Shown: piece by piece, positions 49,801 to 61,800 of the stretch | Layout: every line of letters begins with the position of its first letter | How positions within the stretch are numbered: position 1 is the first letter of the stretch | Origin: Takakia lepidozioides | Taxonomy: Eukaryota > Plantae > Bryophyta | Length of the DNA: 64,000 nt | NCBI GenBank assembly: GCA_030704615.1 | Contig: CM060732.1 | Span: 30,442,001-30,506,000 of the forward strand | Direction of reading: 5' to 3' | Made by a program: the position numbers and the translations under genes | Notes under the pieces: generated by a model | Databases searched by the model: none | Told to the model about the DNA's origin: nothing | The model's input: the letters and a program-made list of their open reading frames with translations, nothing else

Positions 49801-52800
49801 GCTAAGTCCTGGCAGAAGAGAGTAGAAGAGATCCTCAAGGACCTGGACCTGGATCCGCAAGTCTTGACCCTGCTAATCTGACTTAGAGGCTGTAGTGTCC
49901 TCAGCCATGTCTGTTGCCATGAGATTGTCTGATGAAAATGAAGTTAGGCAGAAAACTTCCCTGAACTTGTTTCCAGTCTGTGACATGGGGGAGGACATCT
50001 TGGATGACCTCAAGGGTCTACCCACTCTCGGCACTAGACTGAAATTTAAACTCAGGGCAGGAAGCCTACCTTTGAACAGCAAACAGAAGCAGAGAGGAAA
50101 GGGAGAGTGCAATTGCCCGTTGTGTGGGCAATCTGAAGACAGTATTCATTTTCTCATACACTGTCCGGGGTTCTATCACCAAAGAGACGCTCTCTTCAAA
50201 TCTATTAAGGGAATTGTGCCTGTACCCCTGTTTACCAACTTTGAAAGTCTCGAGGCTGAGCCAAAAGCCCAGGCCCTCCTGAGGCCTAGTTTTTGGGCAA
50301 ATCACACACAGCAGATTGATGCTTGTGTGAAGGGATTTCTAGAGGATATCTGGAAAACCCGGATTAATTCTTTATATGGAGGTAAGTCTGAAGGCTACGG
50401 CAAACAACTTCTTATTGTTGGAAACTAGACCTGTCCTCTACCTCCTAGAGATATTGACAGATAGCTTCTAGCACAAGCAGCAGTACAAAAACTGACAGCC
50501 TAAACCAACCAAAGAGTTAGTATTAACAAGAAGTGTCAGTCCTAACAAGAATGCTCCTTACTGCAAAAGAAAGAACTTACAAAAGTAGATGCTGGACTTC
50601 TCCTCCTCCTCTCTCTGCAATCTACTAGGATAGCACATCCAAAATGCTAGAAGAAGTGCTGGGCATTGCCTCAGCCTTTCCCTTAAATCCTACATGAGTT
50701 CTCTAGAAACTTCTGGTGGCTGGAACCTTCTGGTAGAACTATCCCTAGCCGTCAAAAAACCCTAACAGAACCCTAGCTAACTAAATCTGAGCTGACTTCT
50801 AACACTCCCACTCAGCGAGGATTGAGGCTTAACCCAATCAGTTCCATGCATCTAGAATGCTTTTCTTTGGATAGAGCCTTTGTGAGTGCATCAGCTGCCA
50901 TGTCCTCAGTCCTACAGTAAACCAACACAATCTCCAAACCAATCATTTCTCTAATGAAATGATGTTTGATATCTATGTGCTTGGTCCGGGCATGATGAAC
51001 AGGATTCTTGCTCAGCTCAATGCTGCTCCTGTTATCAGCATGCACTTTCGTTGGCTGTTCTTGACTGAAGCCAAGTTCACCAAGAAGCCTTCGAATCCAA
51101 ATGGCTTCTTTAGCTGCATGAGTCAGAGCCATATACTCTGACTCAGTCGAGGATAGAGCAGTGGTCTGCTGTCTTTTGCTGCTCCAGCTCACAGCACCTC
51201 CACTCATTACAAAGCAGTAGGCAGATATGGATCTCCTCTCATCTGTGTCTCCTGCCCAATCTGCATCACTGTATCCTTCTAGTGATGCTCCAGTGTCCTG
51301 CTTGTTGTAAGTTAGACATGTATCCGCAGTCCCTTTCAAATATCTAATCACCCTCTTGAGTGCTTTCCAATGCTGAGGTCCTGGGTTGTGCATGAACTTA
51401 CTAAGCATTCCCACTGCATAGGCAATGTCTGGCCTGGTGCCAATCATTGCATACATCAGAGATCCCATGGCTTGCTGATATGGAACCTTAGCCATTTCCT
51501 CAATCTCACTTGGAGATTTTGGCTCCATTTCCTTACTCAGCTTGCAGCCGGTTTCCAATGGTGTTGGTGCTGGTTTGCAGTTCTGCATACCAAACTTCAC
51601 AACAACATTCCTGACATACCTCTCTTGGCTCAACTTTATAGTTCTCGCCTTCCTGTCCCTCAGAATCTGAATTCCAAGTAGGTAGTTCACGGCTCCAAGA
51701 TCAACCATCTCAAAGGTTTCACTCAAATCATGCTTCTGCCTGCGCATGGTATCCTTGTTGTCGCTGATCAGTAGCAGATCATCCACATAGAGTGCTATTA
51801 TCATGACACCTGATGTCATGTAGTAAATGCTCTGATCAGCTGTACTCCTTACAAAACCTTGGCCTGCAATGGCAGCTCTAGTCACAAACATGAGATCAAA
51901 GCTGGTAGTTTTGGTAAGGAATCAATTCCAACATTGGCCTCCTCCCGAGTTCCAGATGTACTCAAAAGCTTGTAGAGTCTCTGCTCCTTCACTCCATAGC
52001 AGAGTTCCTCGTTGCCCTTCTGGATGCTGCAAGCATTGTTTCTGAAAATGACATCATACCCAAGCTCATCCAAGGTACTAACAGAGATCAGATTCTTTGC
52101 CAAGTCTGGCACATATAGGACTTTCTGAAGGGTACAACGGGTAACCTTACTCTCTTTTTTGATAAAGTTGACAGGGATTTCTCCCATCATCGTACTTACA
52201 GAAAACGTCTTGTTGCCCATCTTTACGCTCCTAGGCTGAATGGGTTTCAAGTTGTGAAACAACTCCTTCCTCCCACACATGTGGTTAGTAGCTCCAGAGT
52301 CCAAATACCACTCATCTCCACAGTGTTCTCCTTCAGTAGTCAGCAGGTAGTCTTCATCACGACTGTAAGCTGCATCTGCCATAAACAGGTGAACTTCACT
52401 GTCGTTGCCCATGTCAGCGACATGTGCATGTATAGACTTCCCTTTCCTTGGTCTCCACTTGTCCGTCTTGGACTTGTCAATCTTCACCTTGCAGTCCTTC
52501 TGGAAATGCCCAAATTTGCCGCATCGGAAACATGCTCCATCTTTCTTGATGGAAGTAGCCGTCAGGGCATTGTCCATACTTGAGCTACCCCTAGTCAGCT
52601 TGCTTTCTTCCATGATGAGTTGTGAAGTGACATACTTCCAACTCAGTCTACTCTTACCATGAGTAGCCAATGCAGTTTCCACCATGTCATAACTCTTTGG
52701 CAAGGTGCCAAACAAGGTCATGATCTGAAGTGATTCAGTCATGGGTTCTCCCGCATCAACTATCTCCAGACACATGGCTTTAACAGTGGCAATGTGAATG

Positions 52801-55800
52801 GCTACACTCTCACCTTCTCTCATTCTCAAGTCCATGAGCTGTTTCCATAGGACATATGCTTTCCCCATCGCATCTGCCTCATACACCTCACTTAAGGTCT
52901 GCCAGACCTCATGAGCAGTTGTAAGATTCCTTACCAAAACTACCAGCTTTGATCTCATGTTTGTGACTAGAGCTACCATTGCAAGCTCATTCTTTTGGAT
53001 CCATCTCTCCTCCTTCAGGTTATCCTCTGAAGGCTTTTTAGCCACTATTGACCATAGGCTCTTTGAAGAGAGCAGGAGCTGCATCGTGTAGATCCAACTC
53101 TTATAGTTGTTGCCATCCAATGGCTCAACTGTCCAAGTAGTTGTAATGTCTTGTGGGCCCATAACCTGTTGGAAACTAGACCTGTCCTCTACCTCCTAGA
53201 GATATTGACAGATAGCTTCTAGCACAAGCAGCAGTACAAAAACTGACAGCCTAAACCAACCAAATAGTTAGTACTAACAAGAAGTGTCAGTCCTAACAAG
53301 AATGCTCCTTACTGCAAAAGAAAGAACTTACAAAAGTAGATGCTGGACTTCTCCTCCTCTCTCTGCAATCTACTAGGATAGCACATCCAAAATGCTAGAA
53401 GAAGTGCTGGGCATTGCCTCAGCCTTTCCCTTAAATCCTACATGAGTTCTCTAGAAACTTCTGGTGGCTGGAACCTTCTGGTAGAACTATCCCTAGCCGT
53501 CAAAAAACCCTAACAGAACCCTAGCTAACTAAATCTGAGCTGACTTCTAACACTTATGAGTACAATCTATCCGTAGGTTGTGGGAGCCCACCCTGAATCG
53601 CCCCAATGCCCTCAGGAGAGAAGGAGATAAAGATGCCGAAAGGTAATTGGGCCGCAAGATTCTATCATCTCGGAGAACCAGCAATGTTTCTCGATAGAAA
53701 TGGAGCTTTGTCATGAGGTTGGGTAATTTCCAAGTTCTCCTGACATGAAGTTCCATGAGCTCCTTTCTAATGAGTCTGTTGCGGTCATGCTTGGATGTGA
53801 TGTCCACCCCTTCTGGATTCACTGGCAATAGTGAAGCAATAGATAGTCCATGGCGTTCAAAAAAGGTACGGACGCGAGCATACCAGGATTGTTTGAAACA
53901 TGCATTTTTGAGCCTAATAGATTGTACTCATAAGACGTTGTTTGCCGTAGCCTTGTGGCCATTGACCCCGCGCCCAGTTTGAGCGGGAACAAAAGGGACA
54001 GAACCTACCTCTGTCAGGGGCTGACGTTGGTAGTAAGACTTACCTCCATATAAAGAATTAATCCGGGTTTTCCAGATATCCTCTAGAAATCCCTTCACAC
54101 AAGCATCAATCTGCTGTGTGTGATTTGCCCAAAAACTAGGCCTCAGGAGGGCCTGGGCTTTTGGCTCAGCCTCGAGACTTTCAAAGTTGGTAAACAGGGG
54201 TACAGGCACAATTCCCTTTTTGAGCCTAATAGATTGTACTCATAAGACGTTGTTTGCCGTAGCCTTGTGGCCATTGACCCCGCGCCCAGTTTGAGCGGGA
54301 ACAAAAGGGACAGAACCTACCTCTGTCAGGGGCTGACGTTGGTAGTAAGACTTACCTCCATATAAAGAATTAATCCGGGTTTTCCAGATATCCTCTAGAA
54401 ATCCCTTCACACAAGCATCAATCTGCTGTGTGTGATTTGCCCAAAAACTAGGCCTCAGGAGGGCCTGGGCTTTTGGCTCAGCCTCGAGACTTTCAAAGTT
54501 GGTAAACAGGGGTACAGGCACAATTCCCTTAATAGATTTGAAGAGAGCGTCTCTTTGGTGAGAGAACCCCGGACAGTGTATGAGAAAATGAATACTGTCT
54601 TCAGATTGCCCACACAACGGGCAATTGCACTCTCCCTTTCCTCTCTGCTTCTGTTTGCTGTTCAAAGGTAGGCTTCCTGCCCTGAGTTTAAATTTCAGTC
54701 TAGTGCCGAGAGTGGGTAGACCCTTGAGGTCATCCAAGATGTCCTCCCCCACGTCACAGACTGGAAACAAGTTCAGGGAAGTTTTCTGCCTAACTTCATT
54801 TTCATCAGACAATCTCACGGCAACAGACATGGCTGAGGACACGACAGCCTCTAAGTCAGATTTATCCAGCAGGGTCAAGACTTGCGGATCCAGGTCCAGG
54901 TCCTTGAGGATCTCTTCTACTCTCTTCTGCCAGGACTTAGCCTGTTTGACAGGGCGGTCCTGTTTCCAAGATATAGAGTCGATTAACTTAGGATATCTGG
55001 TGTTGGGCATATGTTGCAGCTGACCCCACCATCTGACCTTGAATTCATCTCGTCGGGAGCTTAAGGACGGAATGCCAAACTCACCCCGAACAGCCACATT
55101 GGCTGTTTTGGAGCATGCTGACATACACTCCTTAAGCACCCCCACTTGAATGGATTCTAGAGACTTAGCCTGGTTGGAGTTATCAACCCATATAGCAGAT
55201 CCGTACTCCAAGGCAGGTCTAATAACGCGACAAAGCATGGTTTTCTTGACCTCAGAGTTGACCCCTCTGCAGTGGAAAAATTTAGTGAGCCCCAGAGCTT
55301 TGCCCTTGCCAGTTTGAACAACTTTCCGGATATGTGCATCCCAATTACAATTGGAGGAGAACTCAACGCCCAGTAAGTGTAGGAAGGGAGGACCGGGATC
55401 TCTTGGCTACCCCACTGCCACTTAAGATCACTTCCTCCCTCTCCTCTGTCGTTGAATGCTACCACTGCACATTTGCTGACATTAGCCTCTAGCCCCCAAA
55501 GATCAAAGTATCTCTTCGCGCAATCAATCAACTCCTGGAGATTGGTTGGAGTCTCCCCTATGCCTGCGAAGTCATCCGCAAACATAAGGGCTGGTATGGT
55601 GGTATCACCCACCCTTAACCCAAATCCCTCACTTTCCACATCCTCGAGGAGTTGATTGATGAAAACATTGAAGAGCAGAGGGGAGAGAGTACATCCTTGA
55701 GCTACACCTTGGTCTATGTCAAAGAAGTTGGACTTCTGTCCGTTAACAGTGACACAGCTTTTGGTGTGAGCATACAAGTTGTGGACAACTCTCCACATCT

Positions 55801-58800
55801 TTCCCTTGATCCCACAAGACCAGAGGCGTAACCATAGGCCATCTCTCCACACTGTGTCATAAGCCTTTTTGACATCCAGGAAAAAGACATAAGTGGGTTT
55901 CCCTTCTTTTTTCCTTCCCTGGATAATCTGGCTTAGAGTGAAGATATGATCCACACAGCCCCTGTTTTGAGCCTAATAGAAATGAAATGGTGCTTTATAA
56001 CGTCCGCGGAAAGCTCGTAGAGCTTATGGGACAAAATGGAAGAAAACATGAGAGAGGAACAAATCCAGAAACCACAATTAATGAGCCTAATAGAGAAATG
56101 AAATGAAATGAAATGGTGAGAATAGAGAGAAAGAAAGTATAAAACATCTGCAAGGAGTCCTTCGGGAAACCTCTTCAGGAAATATCAAGCTACACCCTGA
56201 AGCCGAAGCGTCTGCCAGATCCTCAAAGCTGAAAGATTCTGCCAGAGATTGGGTTTCTCTTATAGTCTTTGGATCTCAGAGTATGGTGGACAGGAGAAGA
56301 AATGATACTCTGTCCTTACTTCCTGGGTGGCACAGGCAGGACAGATTCTAGCCTTGTCTGAACTGGTGCTCCTGCACCCTGTCTTGTTCTGCTATGTGAG
56401 GACAGACTATGATGGCACCCAAGGCCTAAGGTGCCCACCTGTGCCTATAAGCAGGATACACCATACAACCATCTGACATGCTCACCAAAAGGACGTATGC
56501 CCTACTACCTGCCAACCCAACTGAAGACTAAATGGAGGCCAGAACCCAGGCACATACCTGGGCATTAGAAAGGAGGTAAAGGATTTTTGATTCAAGTTCT
56601 TTAAGCTGAGCACGCATGCTGGCATTGGAGAGAGTTAGTTGAATTTTCATTTCGGCAAGATCAGGTCTCTCTTTAGCAACCACGTTCCCGAGCAGCTGGT
56701 CCTCCAAGCCTTCCAGAGTCACAAAGAAGTTGAGCAGTGTCACCTTCACACAGACCTGTACAACACCAATGCATTGCTCTAAGACTCTGGTAGGAAAATT
56801 GTGAAAGGAAAAGGCAACATTGATATAACTTCCTTGACAAAATAAAACTGCACATCATGTAACATAAGAACTTCACCTCAATGCCTCAATGTATGGCTCA
56901 TCCACTTGCGAACAGAACGGAGTTCCATCTGAATGGAAGTCCTAGCATGTCTAGATCTAGAGGTTTAGTTACCACTCTAGAAGTAAAAGGTCAGTGCTTA
57001 AAGAAACGTCACCTCCGGGGGGTAGTGCGGATTTCGAAGCTTGGTGGTCAAGTAGAATCTAAAATCTTTATGATAAGGAATTATATTGTCACCAATTTTG
57101 ATCACTTCTTGTCCACCTTGCTTGAATGTCTGCTGTAAGAGAAGGGGCTCCAAGGCCGGGTCCAATACTTCCAGGATGTTCTCCAGTAGCACTGTCCGCC
57201 CAAAGCGGACTCCGTTCTCAAGCGTCCGCAGATAGTCCTTCTCTGAAAGCTTGATGACGTCAACACCAATGTCCTTGTACATGTTCTTTATCCACTTGTT
57301 TGCTTGGCCCTGCAATTTCCAAAAAAACAGGGACTCACTGAGGTAGGGAATCACACGCAAGATTGAAAGATTGCATTAAATTTACTACGTCTGGGGGAGA
57401 CCCAAAGGACCCAAGGGAAACAAATAGAGGGATTTACCCACAAAACATGTCAAGCTTAATTCATCTTGGTGGTGTCATTTGACACCAAATGTAAAGGTTG
57501 GCCATGAGTTTTGAAGACTTCCTCACTATAGCAGAGCCTGTCTTGGCTATTAGGGTACCTGCGGGTCGATCATGAGGGACCAGCGACGTGCTTTAGATAC
57601 AATTATGCCGTTGTCCTCACTAAGAGAATCACTTGGCAGACCAGCAATATTCCATGCACGCATCTTGACAGGATCTTTCAAACATAATTGCAAGTTGGTG
57701 TCTTTTGTATGTGGCACCTGCACAAGCCATCAATTGGAAATGAGCTAACAGATTTGACCATACTTGGTGTTATAGCCCTTTCTGCCAGCATAATAGCGGG
57801 GAGATTAGTAACTGGAGTAGCTACTCAGAAAACCTTCAAGACTCAATCACCCAGAGAACAGGGTATTTGGTGGACTGATCACATACCTTCAGTTCTATTA
57901 AAAGGTTGAGCCACTGAACATTCAGACTGAGCCTGTATGGGGGGGTGAAAGGTCCAGTGTAGGCAATATGACCTCCTGCCACCGTCACATCCCCAATCAC
58001 ATTCTTCAAGTCAATTTCAAGGCTAGCTATGTTGGCAATCCAGCGGGTCCTCTCTCCTCCAAGTCCACCAATGAGCTTCCCAGCTCGTTCCAGCTTGACC
58101 TCGCAGTCCCGGGCTTGTTGGGCCAGTGCTTCTTTCTTCCCCATAGCCTCATTGAGCTGTTCCTCAAGCACTGCTAACTTGGACTCCACCTGCATTGTTG
58201 TGAAGTCAATGACCACATCCCATTCCCCCTGGCCATTATCCTTCCCTCTCCACCCCCCCCTTTTTCCCTTCTCCTTTTCTTCGCTTGTTTTTCCATTGTC
58301 TCTTAAGAGGAAAGGACGAGCACAGAAGTTTCCATCTTGGAGACGATGAAACAGGTTCATATCAAACAACCAATTCTACAAAGACAACTTCCTTGACCAT
58401 ATGCACAATCACGTCATCAAGCTTTTCTGTTTGATGTTCCACGTCCTGCATGCAGGCTTGTGTTGAGAGTTAGTGGGCAGCTTGTGCCCTTGCAGCATCT
58501 AGAGGGTTCTAGAAGTACCGGTTACTTGAGGAAGTTAGGCTTGTAACTTCCCATCACCTACTCAAGGGAGGTGTGCATCCAATTTTGAGGTGCTTAGGTT
58601 AGAGGAAGCTACTTTCAAAGCTTCCTAGGTAACTTTTTGATCATTTCTACTCTTAACATGAGCAGTTAAAGGGGCTGCATTCCCTTTCCCAGAAGCTCTC
58701 CTTTCTAACTCTTGTATAGCTCTATGTCTCTCTCTTACCTTGCTTACTGTTCCGCTCAAACTGGGCACTGGGCACAGGGAGTACATTCTTACCTTGCACA

Positions 58801-61800
58801 CATGTAATCAAGACAAAGTGTGGTGCAAGTGTGATGCAAAGCGTAGTGAGCATATTATTGGGGCGTGGAAGAGTGTTACAAGAGGTACAAGGTGCAGCAT
58901 CTGTCAGAATTCAGTTAGTCTTCATTATTCTTTTAGTATCTCTCTTCCCTGTCCAATGATTATGGCTACATTCAAAAGACTAGCTGTTGGAAGGTTTGAT
59001 GGATAGGATTTGAATGGATTGAAGTATGAACTAAAGAGGATGAGTCACTTGAGACTGCAAGAGTACAAAGAGAAAAGCCAAGGTAGTTAAGAAGAGAAGC
59101 TGAAAGTAGAAGTGAAAGAATTGTCTGCTTGTACAACATATTTATATAAAGAATGCTGTAAAGCTAAACAGGCATGGGATGCCTTAGTTGAGACGAGTCT
59201 TAGAAATGTCATTCACCTAAAAAGACGTTCTTTTCTACTAAACTGTCAAAGAACGATTAATCATCCATTCGGACTTAAGCAAACCCATTTGATATTAGAG
59301 AGACCAAGTGTTTGATGCTAGAGCGACCAAGAGTTTGATGCACTTCTATTGTCATTTTGGGGAGCAACTGACTTCATCTTATTGATGTAGACTCGCACAT
59401 GCTCATATGCCCATATACCAAGGAGAAGAAATATGGTACTTTACCAAGGAGAAGAGGAAGACACTTGACCTGAAGTCAGAGAAGTGTATGTGCCTAGAGT
59501 ATACAAACAATGGCACAATAGCAGAGAGGAAAGTATGATCAAGATGATCAAGATGTCATTTTCAACAAGACAATACTGAGAGTAGATAATGGTTCACAAG
59601 TGGTACCACTCCAACAAGATGATGAGGAATGTGATGTATTGAGCCAGACAGAGAGTGCGAACTATCAGAGGAGACCTTAAGGTTTCTTCTGAGATTTCTT
59701 CAACAGGGGAGAGGGAAGAGAACTTCCCAATAATCAAGGTCAAGGAAGAGGTTCGAGAACTTGACGAGCTAGTACATGAAAAATTTGTATCAGGGACGAC
59801 CCCTACAATCTTGATTATGAGAGGACGAAGATTAGACCTCAAGGACAATTCAAGACATGTGGGGCACCAATCAGTTGGAATGGCAAGAAGCAGTCAACGC
59901 ACTCGCTACAGCAGGCAGAATACATGGCAACACAAGAAGCTGTTTGGTTACATGGACTACTTCAGGACTTCAGGGATCAGAAACAAGGTTGTTTGAAGGT
60001 GCATAGCAATCACGAAGAGTTCAAAGAATCCAAATCACATAGATATAAAATTCCATTCCATTAAGGAAAAGTGGAGTGCAAAGATATATATTATCCTACA
60101 AATGGTAGGATAGCCAATTTCTCATGATCTATCCCTAGGATTTGATTTGAACACTCAAGAGCCTCATGAGTTGTAGACACAGGGCACTACAGTAAGTGAG
60201 TGTGTTGAGTGGGTGGCTTGTGTCCTTGGTCACCATCTATAAGGTTCTAAGACTAACACCTACTTCAGGAAGTAAAGCCCTTAATTTCCTATGACCTACT
60301 CAAGAGGGGCGCACATTCAGTGTTGAGGTGCTTAGGTTGGAGGAAGCTGCTCTTGAAGCTTCCTAGGTCACTTGGATCTTTCTCTTGCTTGTATGTTTGC
60401 TCATCCTTTCGAAAATTGCGTCTGTAAGTATAGGCTAAGCATACTCAACACTATTGGTAACCCGAGATGGTTCCTATGCTCTCGAGACTGAAACAAGAGG
60501 ATGGAATTACACACTTCCTGTTAGGATATGCCCAATTTGCACCTACCACGAAGTGGAGACATAGCAACAGTTCTTCTGCCCTTTGTACAATGACCAAGAT
60601 ACCCATGCGTTTCTTGGGGTTTTCTAAGTCCTTGGCAGAAGCCTTCAGCTATGAGGCTTAGCAGTTTACGTGCATGAGGCACTACAGCTTTGTGCAATGC
60701 TTGAGCTTTGACTGTTCTTTGGTTGCTGTGGTTCAATGGACTCTCAATTACTTCACTATTGCCAGAGAATCCAGAAGGGGTGGAAATCACATCCAAACAA
60801 GATCGCAACAGACACATTAAAAGAGAATTAAACTACATGTCAGGAGAACTTGGAAGGTACCCAATCTCACAACAAAGCTCCATTCTATCAAGAGACATTC
60901 TTGGTTCTCCGAGATGATAGAATCTTGCGGCCCAATTACCTTTCGGCACCCTTATCTCCTTCCCTCCTGAGGGCATTGGTGTGGTTCAGGGTGGGCTCCC
61001 ACAATCTACAAATAGAGACTGGCAGATGGGAAAACCTGCAACGGGAGGACTGTCTATGTCCAGCTTGCACAGGGCGCAATCGGGAAATTGAAACTGAAGG
61101 ACACTTCTTCTATTGCCCTCTCTACTATGAGATCCGTGGGAGATTCCACTGTCTATTCCGCAGAACTCAATCTCTCACTGAATTCTTCCACTATGAGGAT
61201 CAGTTGGCAGCTTACCTGCACGAGGCCTTCACCCTTAGACAATCCCGCAAGCAATAGTTTTTTTGTGGCTCTGGTTTTGCTTCCTCTCTCATGTTTTTTT
61301 CCATTAAGCTCTATGAGCTTTCTGCGGACGCTATAGAGTACCATTTCATTTCATTTCATGTCATTTCATTTCTTTTTTTTCCCTTTTGTCCCATAGGCTC
61401 TTTGAGCTTTCTGCGGATGTTATGAAGTACCATTTCATTGCATTTCATTCCATTCATTTCATTTCTTGTTTCTTGCTTTCCTATAGTCCCATAAGCTCTT
61501 TGAGCTTTCTGCAGACGTTATGAGGTTCCATTTCATTTCACTTCTTTCATGGAACACTTCTTTTATTGCCCTCTATATTACGAGATCCGTGGCAGATTCC
61601 ACTGTCTATTCCGCGGAACTCAATCTCTCACTGAAGTCTTCCACTATGAGGATCAGAAATGCTTGGCAGCTTACCTGCACCAGGCCTTCACCCTTAGACA
61701 ATCCCTCGAGCAAAAGTTTTATTTTTGGCTCTGGTTTTGTTTCCTCTCTCATGTTTTTTTCGATTTTGTCCCATAAGCTCTTCGAGCTTTCCGCGGACGT

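Larger units (their letters stand above)
50416..53552 (-). mobile_element. Ty1/Copia LTR retrotransposon, internally deleted (no integrase, no RT N-half), 3137 bp
   Basis: LTRs 50416-50804 and 53167-53552 (TG...CA; I see 2 substitutions and one 3-bp indel); TSD CTTAT; PBS GGTTATGGGCCCA; PPT TGAGTGGGAG. Confidence 0.97.
49510..53565 (+). mobile_element. Family-A LINE copy 2 (5'-truncated), interrupted near its 3' end by Copia
   Basis: Nearly identical to copy 1 apart from small deletions; 11-bp TSD TCTATCCGTAG (49499-49509, 53566-53576). Confidence 0.93.
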
